This document shows, one piece after another, positions 52,019 to 64,000 of a DNA stretch of 64,000 nucleotides. The notes beneath the pieces were generated by a model. That model had not been told where the DNA came from and searched no databases. It saw nothing but the letters and a program-made list of their open reading frames with translations. Made by a program: the position numbers and the translations under genes. The stretch is from Octopus vulgaris (lineage: Eukaryota): positions 27,900,001 to 27,964,000 of the forward strand of contig OX597835.1 in NCBI GenBank assembly GCA_951406725.2, in the 5' to 3' direction. The stretch's first letter is position 1, and every line of letters begins with the position of its first letter.

Positions 52019-52314
52019 TCAGTGGGCCTAACAATAAAACTTTATGTTTCTCTATGTGTATTTTTTTTTTTGCAAAATTTCTTTTTTTAAATTCAATATG
52101 CTGTGAAGATATGTATTTATTCAAAACAAGAACTATACAGCTACAAAGTGAATCTAGGAATTAGATAATTTCATTTGCATATTCACATAAACTTTGATTA
52201 GAACTGAGAAAATTTTAACCAATACAATAGTTATTTCAGACAAACAGTTGATGGAAGAGGTTTCAACCAAAAGTAAAATTCAGGTACCATGCTGCTCAAT
52301 CCCCACTAACGTGA

Positions 52315-52815
52315 CTCTCTCTCTCTCCCTTTCTTTCCCTCCCTCTTTCTCCCTCTTTCCCTCCATCTATTTTTCTTTCTATCTGTCTGTCTATCTAGCT
52401 TTTACTCTATCTATCTCTCTATCTATCTATCTCTATCTATCTATCTATCTATCTATCTATCCATCTATCTATCTCTATCTGTCTATCTATCTATCTACCT
52501 ACCTACCTACCTACCTACCAATCTGTCTGTTTACCTATCTATCTGTCTACCTACCAACCTATCTATCTATCAGTCTACCTACCTATCTATCTGTCTTTCA
52601 GTTACTCTATCTTTTACTCTATCTATCTATCTATCTATCTATCTATCACTATCTATCACTCTATCTATCAATCTCTCTCACACACTCTCTCTCTATCACT
52701 ATCTATCTATCACTATTTATCAATCTATCTATCTATCTATCTATCTATTTATCTATCTATCTATCTCTTTATCACTATCTATCTCTTTATCACTATCTAT
52801 CTATCTAGCTAGCTA
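52315..52815. repeat. Compound (CT)n/(CTAT)n microsatellite
   Basis: Directly visible; source of the 204-aa spurious ORF. Confidence 0.95.
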
Positions 52816-54407
52816 GCTTTCACTCTGTCTAATACTTTGAATCTCTAGGACTGTGCTTTATAATTTCACTTAACTACATGGCACACTAGAAAGCAAGTAA
52901 AACAAAAAACAAAAAAGAAACAAATTCCTGGCACATCCATACGGAAACTAGAAAGAATTATCGATGCATTTCGTACAGAAAATAAAGAATTACTGGCGCA
53001 CTTTGCATGGCGCATAAAAAAATTATTGGTACACTTTGCATAGCAGATTTCAAAGAAAAAAAACTGCTTTGAAAAAATACTATAACTTACCTCTTTTTAT
53101 TAATCATTTTTGCATATAACAAAATTATGAATAATACATTTTTCAAGTTACTCAGGTATTAATATTGATTTTTCTAAAGCCTTAAATTATATTTCTCAAA
53201 AGTTCTACAACACAAACAGTACCAGTTGCAGTGCATTCTTTGAAAATCGTTGTCCCAGGAAGATGGATTGTAAAACAGGAAATATAAAAGTCAAACCCTC
53301 ATCTGCCACTCCTAAGAGTTCAAACCCTCACCTATGACTCCTAAAGGTCATAATCAACAAATAATCAAGCCCTTGAGTGGAAAGGTAAAAAATCAAAGAG
53401 CAATCAACTAAGATAAGCTTTTAACAAGGTGTAAAAGCGTGGCTGTGTAACTAAGAAGTTTGCTTCCCAACCACATGGTTCTGGGTTCAGTCCCGTTGTG
53501 TGGCACCTTGGGCAAGTGTCTTCTACTATAGCCTCAGGCTGACCAAAATCTTGTGAGTGGATTTGGTAACCAGAAACTGAGAGATACCCATTGTATGTTT
53601 GTGTTTGTGCAGGTGGGGTATGCACATCTTTGTGTATGTCCTCATCACTGCTTCACAACCAATGTCGGTGTGTTTACATCCTCATAACTTAGTGGTTTGG
53701 CAGAAGAGACCAACAGAATAAGTATCAGGCTTAAAAAATATATAATTACTGGGGCCAAGAGTCAATTCATTCAAATGGAAACTTTTCAAGGTGGTGCCCC
53801 AGCATGGCCACAGTCTAATGATGGAAACAAGTACAGGATAAAAGATAGATGCTGGGGTGGCTGTATGAATAAGAGGTTTGCTTTCCAATCACATGGTTCC
53901 AGGTTCAGCCAATTGCATGTTACCTAGGGTTTCTACTATAGCTCCAGGCCAATCAAAGCCTTGGAAGTTGATAGACCACCTTGAAGAATTTTTAGTTAAA
54001 CAAATCAAGCGCCCAGTAATTATGTTTTTTTTAAGCTTGGTATGTATTCTATCAGTCACTTTTGTTGAACAGCTAAGTTATAAGGATGTAAATAAACCAA
54101 CACCAGTTGTCAAGTCATGGTGGGAAACAAACACAGACGACACAAAGATACACACACACACACGCACACACACAGAGGATAGGCTTCTCTCAGTTTCCAT
54201 TTCCTAAATCCATTCACAGGGCTTTGGTAATCCCGCAGTTATAGTAGAAGACACTTGTCCAGAGTGCCAGGCAGTAGGACTGAACCTGGAACCTTGTGGT
54301 TGGGAAGCACACTTTACACCACACACAGAAAAAAAAAAAAAATCAAAAAAAATTTTAACTTTGGCTTTCATCCAGCTGAAGCAGGGGAAGCAATACAATA
54401 TAATACC

Positions 54408-55069
54408 TATTTCTTTATTACCCACAAGGGGCCAAACACAGAGAGGACAAACAAGGACAGACAAATGGATTAAGTCGATTACATCTACCCCAGTGCATAA
54501 CTGGTACTTATTTAATCAACCCCAAAAGGATGAAAGGCAAAGTCGACCTCGGCAGAATTTGAACTCAGAACATAAAGACAGATGAAATACCTATTTCTTT
54601 ACTACCCACAAGGGGCCAAACACAGAGAGGAGAAACAAGGACAGACAAATGGATTAAGTTGATTACATTGACCCCAGTGCGTAACTGGTACTTATTTAAT
54701 CGACACTGAAAGGATGAAAGGCAAAGTCGACCTCAGCGGAATTTGAACTCGGAACATAGCAGCAGACGAAATACCGCTAAGTATTTCGCCCGGCGTGCTA
54801 ACATTTCTGCCAGCTCACCACCTTAATACAATATAATACCTATTTCTTTACTACAAGGGGCTAAACACAGAGAGGGCAAACAAGGACAGACACACGGATT
54901 AAGTCGATTGCATTGACCCTAGTGCGTAACTGGTACTTATTTAATCAACCCTGAAAGAATGAAAGGCAAAGTCGACCTTGGCAGAATTTGAACTCGGGAT
55001 GTAGCAGCAGACGAAATACTGCTAAGTATTTCGCCCAGTGTGCTAACGTTTCTGCCAGCTCACCGCTTT
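54408..55069 (-). mobile_element. Family A SINE dimer plus monomer separated by a triplicated TSD
   Basis: AATACAATATAATACC at 54392, 54825 and 55070. Confidence 0.9.
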
Positions 55070-55178
55070 AATACAATATAATACCAGTGACATACTGGTG
55101 TCAATTCAATATGAAGCTTTTTTTTTTTTTAGTTTGTTTGTTTGTCTTTTGTTTAACTCTTTGGTTTGTTTTACCTAC

Positions 55179-55251
55179 CAGGGCTAAGGCCGTGCTGAAA
55201 GATTACCTTAGTGTGAATAGAACTGTAATACAAGACAGAGGACAAAGACGG
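55179..55251 (-). CDS. Candidate micro-exon with two acceptors and two donors
   Basis: gCTGACcttgcttttgcAG (55251) and cttgtattacAG (55222); donors AAG|GTAATC (55207) and CTG|GTAGGT (55179); 45-nt form reads PSLSSVLYYSSIHTK. Confidence 0.4.
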
Positions 55252-55609
55252 CTGCAAAAGCAAGGTCAGCATCAAAACAAACAAACAAAAGAGAGACATA
55301 GGAACACGTCGGTCAACAGACAACGAAGACAAAACAGTCTTGGAAAAAAAAAAATTTTTTTTTTTATTTATTTAATATTAATAAATCTGTAATCGTTAGT
55401 AATTGTCTCTAAAGTATTGTTGTCAAAAAAGAAGACTAATTAATTCAATAATGAACATCAAATAAATATAAACATATAAACACAGCATGTATGTATTTGT
55501 GTGTGAATATGATTACCCAGTGCAGTTTATACATATATATACATATATATATTCACACACACACACACATATAAACATATAAATATATACTAAGTGCTAT
55601 GTGTAACGA

Positions 55610-55697
<88 letters not shown>

Positions 55698-55944
55698 TGC
55701 ACATAATTACATAATACACTTTGAATGTATATACATACACGCACCTTTATGCACTAAGTGCATCGGTGTAATGGTGTTGATATACTTGCTCATGGTGTGT
55801 TTGCATGTGTACATATGCATATATCCTTATATACACATATAGCCACACACATATATATAGACACACATATGCATATATACATATACTTATATAGACTTAC
55901 ACACACAAATGCACGTGATAACACAATGCACTTAGTTTCTCCTG

Positions 55945-56012
<68 letters not shown>

Positions 56013-57031
56013 AAGAAGAAGACATCAGTCTTTCCAGGAAATATCATCTGCATGTGAGAAAATGCTTATCTTCCTCTATTGCTTAATAAATAATTCATTT
56101 CTAATGCAATTATCAACATTCTACTATTTATTAAAAGATTCTTTTGTATAGTTGTCCTGCGCAACAACAAACAGAGGATACTGGGGCAGTTGTGTTTTTT
56201 GGGGGGGTTCGCGCAGTTGTTTTTCTCCTTTGTATTTTATTTTGAGGATTTTTTTCTGTTTTTTTTTGTTTTTTTTTTTGTTTTTTTTATTTTGCTATCA
56301 AGTTTTGTTTGAAAATGTCAACTTCATTTGTCTATGTTCTTATTGATCTGAACCTCAAAATAACTATTGTTTTTCTTTCTTTTTCTTTTTTTTTTCTTTT
56401 TCTTTGTCTTTTTGCCATACAATACACTACACGAGATGAAACAATTATTAAAAGCTCTGCTAATGAATTAAGGAATCAATGCCCAACACAAGCATTTGAT
56501 TGAATCAAGAAGAATACGCATACACACACAAACACATACACACAAACATATACACACAAACACAAACAAAAAAAATTCTAATATATTGCCAGACATCTCA
56601 GTACTATACAGTTTTTTTTTCCTTTCTCAATGCTTCATATCAAAAAGAAAGTGAAAGAGATATAAAGTGGGGGATGTAGAGAGGCTCCTTGTCACACCAT
56701 ATTACACAAATTACTCACACCAACAAAAATACTGTGTTGATATGATAAAGCCAAAAACAGCTTTTGAATACCAAACTAAAGAGTTGAGATGTGTTTAGGT
56801 TTTCATTTAATAATTCCTGAGAGACATCGAGTTTCTGTGGTTGTGTGATTATAGATTAAGTTTTCACCAGATTTACACAAGATTCAGACACACGTCAGAG
56901 AAGAGACTTATTGAAACGTACTAAGATAACCATTGCTGACAATTTTGCTACTTAAATTGCAGTGATGAGAAGTAATAAGATATGAGCTTCATAACTTAAT
57001 ATCATCTCTCAGACGTTGCTTATTTACTTAC

Positions 57032-57072
57032 GTACTCGTACTCGCTCACTACTTGCGGACCAATCCTTCTTC
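57032..57072 (-). CDS. Candidate 41-nt exon (xRRIGPQVVSEYEY or xKKDWSASSERVRV)
   Basis: ttttgtcgatattcttgtcaaAG acceptor, perfect GTAAGT donor, CpG-retaining, within ~1.3 kb of TE-free DNA. Confidence 0.45.
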
Positions 57073-57484
57073 CTTTGACAAGAATATCGACAAAAGACAA
57101 ACTAAACAATCTCTGTTCAAATCCTAAACGATGAATATTGAACTGGGTATTAAACGTAGCAACAACAAACGACATAATTTAGCCCAATTGGCTCCTCTTG
57201 AAAATACAATCCTAACAAACAGAAAAACAATGGCTTAAAATCTCCTGATTTACTCTGGTCTGACAACATCCAGCAATAATATTTGTAATATAGATATTAT
57301 ACCGATATCGAATTTTATGTTTTATACTGGTTTTTAGGTAGGTAGGGCTAGCGTTAATGCATTACCTTAAGAATTAAACGTCTATTATCACTTAATATCC
57401 TGCTTACAGATGAGTCTTAGAATTTGCTGTACATTTTGTGATTTTAAACTGTGAGAGAGAAAGAGACAGACAGACAGACATGTC

Positions 57485-57692
57485 TCTTTACTCTTTTTAT
57501 TTGTTTCAATCATTTGACTGTGGCCATGCTGGAGCACCGCCTTTAGCCAAGCAAATTGACCCCAGGACTTATTCTTTGTAAGCCTAGTACTTATTCTATT
57601 GGTCTATTTCGCTGAACTGCTAAGTTACGGGAATGCAAACATACTAGCATCGGTTGTCAAGCAATGTTGTGGGGGAGGGGGGACAAACACAG

Positions 57693-57727
<35 letters not shown>

Positions 57728-57895
57728 CATATACATATGACAGGCTTCTTTCAGTTTCCGTCTACCAAATCCACTCACAAGGCTTTGGTCGGCCCGAGGC
57801 TATACTAGAAGACACTTGCCCAAGATGCCACGCAGTGGGACTGAACCCAGAACCGTGTGGTTGGTAAGCAAGCTACTTACCACAGAGCCACTCCT
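57485..57895 (-). mobile_element. Full-length family B SINE
   Basis: Reverse complement of the 22936 copy. Confidence 0.9.
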
Positions 57896-58944
57896 AAACA
57901 TTAAACAAGTATCTACAAAAAAAATTACATCTGAACATCAGCTTAAAACAGAGCTAAGGAGGAAGCCTTCACATGGTCACTCAAACTGCTAAGAACAACA
58001 ACCAAATCTCCCTCAAATTACAAACTTTTCAGTCCCACTGTTTAGCCTGCTTCGGTGCCCCATCATCATTCATGGATGTTGATATGTCTGAAATATTGCT
58101 CCATCAACCCTTTTGTCTGGCATTAGAGGCCTTTTACTGTTAGCTGAGTCTGAAAGGAACTATTTCTAAACACAAGGCGTCTAGAGGAAGGGGCAGAGCC
58201 CATAATCTTTGCAGGTCCTTTAAGTCTTGTGAGGATGATGCCATTTATGTTTTGTTTAAACTTTTGCAGGTTTAGACATGAGCAGAAAGAAGATTCTAAG
58301 AGGATGATATTCTGGGGGTGAAGGATTGGGTGTAGTGGCTAGTGCAAGGAAATGAGAGTTAAATGTATGAAGGGTGACACGTGGTGAAAAAACAGCTGGG
58401 TTAGAGGTCCCTAAGTGTTTGAGTTATGAGACCCAACAGCTCTCAAAAAGTGGAGGGCATTGCACAGTGTAACGAAATTTTAATTTTTTGTTTTTGTCTT
58501 TGGTCAGTAGGTGTTATTTCCTATTTGCTTCTATTTAGAAATCAAAGGAAATCGCCACTATTCCCTTCAAACTTTGCTTTTGTGACCTGAACATCAATGT
58601 TTTCAAACTGACCTATTTTCCATTACATTTCAGAAAGATTCAGCACTGAGTTGCTGAAGCAGAAATATCGTTATAGCAAATATTCTGCACAATACCACAG
58701 ATTTGCTTGTCATTTGCCTTGACCGTAACCACTTGAGCATGTCCCTTAGTGGCTGACAATATGTGCATCTCTGAACATGAGCAGGAGTAGTGGGGAACAT
58801 CATAGCCATGTGTTGAGAGGGATTCTTTGGGATTTGAATAAATGTAACAAAAGCAAAATTTGAAGGAAATATTTGCTATTTTCCATAATTGTTAGGGGGA
58901 AGCAAATAGGAAATAACAGTCACTACCCGAGGACAAAAATTGTG

Positions 58945-59320
58945 TTACACAGTGTTATAGTCATGATAGAACAGATAGAGAGAAGAAACAGTATGTCTAT
59001 GAGCCAAAGGCTGAGATGTGTCTATTTTGGATATAATACCAGTCAGATAAGCAGCTTTTCTCAGAACATGGGCCATGATGACAGTGTATGGTGTAGCAGC
59101 AACACTGTCCCATACTATGGGCCCAGTACTCCACTTGAGCCTTGTAGTGTGCCAGCAACTGCTGGGTGTTGAAATATCTGCTGGCCCTAAGGAGAAGGGG
59201 TAGTCTTTGGAACACAATCTTATCTGCACTAAGTATGAGGTTTTATCATCAGAGATCCTTTGTGATAGTGAGGAACAGTATTTGAAGTGACTGTGATGAC
59301 CTTGAGATAGGCACTGCTCT
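58945..59320 (-). mobile_element. CR1/Jockey-group LINE RT C-terminal relic
   Basis: LLRASRYFNTQQLLAHYKAQVEYWAH resembles the LYKAQVRPxMEYCSH motif. Confidence 0.65.
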
Positions 59321-59512
59321 TGTTTAGAGGGTGGTCGTAGGAGGTGGGATTTGAACTCAGAACAAAAAGAACTAGAACAGATATAGCAAAGCATGTCACC
59401 AGATGTCCTTACAGTTTTGCCATTCTTCTACAATGGACTAGTTCTTTAGTTATTGCTCTTAGAAGATAAAACACACTACTATCTTGAAAACTGAAAGATA
59501 CATTAAACAATA

Positions 59513-59826
59513 TCATCATCATCATCATTTAACGTCCGTTTTCCATGCTAGCATAGGTTGGATGGTTCGACCAGGGTCTAGTAAACCATGGAGGCTGCAC
59601 CAGGCTCCAGTCTGATTTGGCAGTGTTTCTACAGCTGGATGCCCTTCCTAACGCCAACCACGCCGTGAGTGTAGTGTGTGTATTTTACGTGCCACCGGCA
59701 CAGGAGCCAGCACAGGCTGGCAAACGGCCATGATCGGTTGGTGCTTTCACGTGTGACCAACACAGATGCCAGTTAGGCGACGCTAGTAACTGCTACGCTC
59801 GAACGGTGCTTTTACATGTCACCAGC
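59513..59826 (-). mobile_element. Family C RTE 3'UTR
   Basis: (CAT)n tail and family motif. Confidence 0.85.
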
Positions 59827-60109
59827 AATATTTAAAATGACAAGATGATCATGGCTAGAATGGATTTAATCAGAGGACTTGTTCAAATCACAGATATACT
59901 GCTTAAGAAACATCATGTTGAAATAAATAAAGAAAAAAAAGACAGAATGGTTACAGTTTTAAGACTCAATACCTCAATTCATAAAATGTGGAATGATTAT
60001 TTTTCTATTTTTTTTCATGTATTTTATAAAAGTACTAATGTTCCAAATGAAAGTTTTTTTTCTTCAGGAACTTGTGAAGAAAATTCTTGATTTAAAACAT
60101 TAAACAGTG

Positions 60110-60680
60110 GCATTCTGTCAGATGATATGACGGCGTGTGTTCCAGTTGATCCGATCAACAAAACAGCCTGCTCGTGAAATTAACGTGCAAGTGGTTGAAC
60201 ACTGCAACAGACATGCATACCTATTTCTTTATTACCCACAAGGGGCTAAACATGGAAGGGACAAACAAGGACAGAGAAAGGGATTAAGTCGATTACATTG
60301 ACCCCCAGTGCGTAACTGGTACTTAATTTATCGACCCCGAAAGGATGAAAGGCAAAGTCGACCTCGGCAGAATTTGAACTCAGAACGTAGCGGCAAACAA
60401 AATACTGCTCAGCATTTCTCCCGGTGTGCTAATGTTTCTGCCAGCTCGCCACCTTTAATGTATACCTTTAACGTAGTTCTCAGGTAGATTCAGCGTGACA
60501 CAGAATGTGACAAGGTTGGCCCTTTGAATTAAAGGCAGAACCCTCTTTTGCCAGTTCAATGGACTGGAGCAATGTAAAATAAAGTGTCTTGCCCAAGGAC
60601 ATGATGTGTTCCTGGAAACTGAACTCATGATCTTGCAATCATGAGCCAAACACTTTAACCACTAAGCCACAGACCATCAC
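60110..60680 (-). mobile_element. Family E SINE interrupted by a family A SINE (60221-60455)
   Basis: Host halves rejoin across a duplicated ATACCT. Confidence 0.82.
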
Positions 60681-60987
60681 ACTTGGAACATTACTATCTC
60701 TATAAAACAAATAAAAGAACATTTTTACAAAATGTGTGTGAGTATGTGTCTATATCTATCAATATATATATATATATATATAGATATATCATCAGTGGAT
60801 AATATATCCGAAAAAGAAACACGCTCTAACAGTAAGAGCAGTTATGTACTTACAGGAAGTTAATTATATATTATATTAATTGCTTACTCTATGACCAGCC
60901 ATATAATTAACTTCCTGTATGTATTTGTGTGTGTACATTTATGAATTCATTTTGCAAGATTTCTGATGTGAAATCATGTGTTGTAAC

Positions 60988-61381
60988 ATATTGTTATATT
61001 TCAGGATAGTTGGGGGTTTTTTTTTTCACTTCTTGGCAAATAAATATATGCACTACTTATTTGTTCTTCATTTCTGTTTATTACTGTTCTGGTTTTATGT
61101 CCATTATCTTGGAATCTTTCATCACACACCTGTGACCTCTTCAGCGACTTTCCATTCCGTGTGTCTCCTCCTGTTCTGTTTAGTCCATTTTCAGAGAATG
61201 GACTAAAGAGAACAGGAGGAGACATGTGGGATGGAGGATCGCTGAAGTAGTCACATGTGTGTGACAAAAGATTTTCAGACAATGGACATAAGATAAGAAC
61301 AATAATAAATAAATGAAGAACAAATATATAGTGTGTGTGTTTATTTGGCAAGAAAAAAAATGACCATCCCAAAATATAACA

Positions 61382-61385
<4 letters not shown>
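60988..61385. repeat. ~400-bp imperfect palindrome centred on 61193
   Basis: Central 32-bp arms differ at 3 positions with a 1-nt spacer; arms traceable out to ATATTGTTATATT / AATATAACAATAT. Confidence 0.95.
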
Positions 61386-61431
<46 letters not shown>

Positions 61432-61745
61432 TGAGAATTTACAAAAAAAAAAACAAGACGGGTGTGTATCAGTCTAATGCTCGGGAAGTGAGAAAATCAT
61501 TTACGTTTCGAGCCTACACTCTTCAACAGAAAGGAACACAAAAATAAACAGGGAGAGAAAATAGGAAATGGTTTAGTGGCTAGCAATCTATCATGACGAA
61601 TATATATATATATTATATTGTGTATCAGCAAAAGATATGCTCCTCAGACAGAAATTACTAATAAACTGGTATTATCAAACTAAAAATACGTAGTGGTAAT
61701 TTACAATGCCCCAATTGTACAGAAACAATTCCTTGTCACCCATAC

Positions 61746-61792
61746 TTATAGGAACAGACAAGTGAGCCATCGGTTGGCCAATATAGAAAAAT
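61746..61792 (-). CDS. Candidate 47-nt exon (xFFYIGQPMAHLSVPI)
   Basis: Long pyrimidine tract ending ggttatAG, donor AA|GTATGG; phase-compatible with 57032-57072. Confidence 0.25.
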
Positions 61793-63649
61793 CTATAACC
61801 AATGAAGATAGAGTTTGCCAAAGAAGAAAACAAGAAAAGAAATGCAAGCTGAAGTAGGCAAATTACATTGAAATAAATATAACAACAAAGAATAAAATTT
61901 TAAATCATAATTACAATTATAAAAAAAAAAAACAATAATAATAATAATCAGGAAACAGTGTGAGGTATTTGGTACATTAAAAAGGTTTTGAAGCTTGACA
62001 TACAAATTATAGATATAATACGATGTGATAGAACATTCTGTGGGTTTGACTTGTGTGTATTTTCTTGTTTTATTTAGCTTTGATATATTTAAATTGCTTT
62101 TTTTTTTATTTAATTATTATCCTATTTTATTTTAGTATTTTCTCTCTTTTTTTTTTGGAGGTTTCTTTTAGTTTAAAAAAAATGAAATTGAAAATTGATT
62201 CTATTAATCTTATGGTCTGATGAATATTACTCGTTATTTTGCTTCGTTTTGAGTTCGTTTTTTTTTTTTAAATACTCTTTCAGATTTCATATAGTTTTAT
62301 GGAAATACTAAAGAAAACGTCTTGGAAAATATGAAAAACAAATTGTGGCCTACAATAAAAAAAAATAAGTTGGCTTTTTTTTTGTTTAAACATAAATTAC
62401 TACTAAAACATATTTATTTATTTTAAACATGGGTTAATGACTTTTCTTATTTTCATTTTTATGTATTTATTTTGTGTCGTAAAACATGTTTTGAATTTTA
62501 AAAGCTTTGACACAGTTTTCCAGATATTTCTAACAAAACTGATGAAAGGAAAAATATAATAATTTACAATGAAAATATAAATGTATTAAATAATAAAGCT
62601 TGAAAATTGCTGTAAAATACAAAGGATTTTCTTCCGGTTTTAAATAATGAAGATCATAAGACAAAAGACAAAATAAAGGAACGTATATATACACTCACAC
62701 ACACACACACGATATCCAACAGTACTGGAGTTCTCACAGCCAGATACTTCTATCAGAGGACTTACTTCAGGCATAAAAGTGAGTAACTTGTAAATTAGCC
62801 AGTACTAATAAATAAAATATATTCATTCTGCAAGATATGGGAATGACACTATTTTGTGAGTGAAGTCAAATAGGTATACTTGGAAATATTACCTCATAGT
62901 ATAAACAGACAGACAGACAGAGATATTATCAGTAGTTCATATATCCGAAAAAGAAACACACTCTAAAGGAGAGGCCAGGGAACTTTTCTAACCAATCACC
63001 CCAAAATATATTTACTTATGCTGATGTTACCGTCTTCATTTGAAAGAAAGAAAATCATAGATTCTTAGAATTGAAAAGGTTTATTGTACCTCACTTAGGG
63101 TAATTTACTAACCCCCTGCTCTAAAGCATTAGAACAGAAATATATTTCTTTTGCTTTTAGAAAGTTAAAGGTTATGGTCAGCTATAGGGTGATCATTGGG
63201 TTCACACCTCTAAGGCACTTAGCAGTATAGGTGACATATCATACTCAAATGGATGAAGGCACATAACCTCTCTACAACTAGAGGAAGAAATATGTAACAG
63301 TTAGTTAGTTTGTAAACAAAAAACTTTTTAAAAAATTTAATTTCCCTGGTGCAGGCAGGTCATACATACATATATACATACACAAACATACACACACACA
63401 TACATGCATACATTACATAAACATACATGCATACAATCGACCAGCTATTTTGTACATTACAAATACAATCTGTGAGTGGAACAGTTAAGATATGTAAGAC
63501 TTTTCTCAAGTTCCAAATGTGAATTTCTCTGTTTTAACTACATCCTAAAAATGGAGTCTTGTATCTTTGTTGGAAACCAGCTCCTTCCTCAGTGGAAGAT
63601 TTATAATAATTAAAAAAATACAAGATACATACATACACAAACATACGTA

Positions 63650-64000
63650 TAAACAAGGAGTCCTAAAAATATATACACACTTTAACAGTTCAATGTTTGT
63701 TTCCTTTTAGATTCAACATATTGAAAATAATGAAGGGAACCAGAGTAACCTTTGAACAAAGGAAACTTATCCGAAAGTGCAACTGGAAGTTTGAAAATGT
63801 AAATGAAGTGCAAAGACAGTTTAAGGAGTTTCCAACAGATCCAATGACAGGACTTACCCTTGCACAGATTAGCGATAAGTTTGAAGTGGAAACTATTTGA
63901 AGCAGGAACTGTTCAGAATGTCCACAAGAAACATTTCAGAAAACTGCAAACATCAACGTGTCCCACAATGCAAGAAAGGGTACCAGAAACGTATTGCCAG
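63650..64000 (+). pseudogene. Tc1/mariner-superfamily transposase N-terminus (DUF4817-like HTH), runs off the window
   Basis: MKGTRVTFEQRKLIRKCNWKFENVNEVQRQF...ISDKFE...GTVQNVHK with stop/frameshift. Confidence 0.75.

Noticed and set aside
62766-62827. Minus-strand GTAAGT donor with possible 39-nt exon
   Set aside because: Acceptor ambiguous and the sequence is as AT-rich as intron background

Overview
AT-rich, repeat-saturated eukaryotic DNA. The SINE/LINE repertoire and (TA/CA/TACA)n density look like an octopus (coleoid cephalopod) genome, which is my inference from repeat recognition. No long protein-coding ORF is present, and nearly all ORF-track entries are microsatellite or SINE artefacts. 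The window holds at least four tRNA-derived SINE families (CORE-type and Meta/MESC-type), 3' ends of RTE, CR1 and R4/Dong LINEs, decayed mariner/Tc1 transposases, several MITEs, Helitron/Helentron-like elements, Penelope-like remnants carrying hammerhead-ribozyme-like motifs, and 139-bp and ~47-bp minisatellites. Short unique stretches contain splice-site-bounded candidate micro/terminal exons, mostly on the minus strand. These suggest the intron-rich, possibly alternatively spliced 3' part of a large gene that I cannot identify. Most notable: SINE multimers inside single target-site duplications, a triplicated TSD, a ~400-bp loopless palindrome, many close inverted repeats (potential dsRNA/ADAR substrates), and dispersed hammerhead-like motifs.
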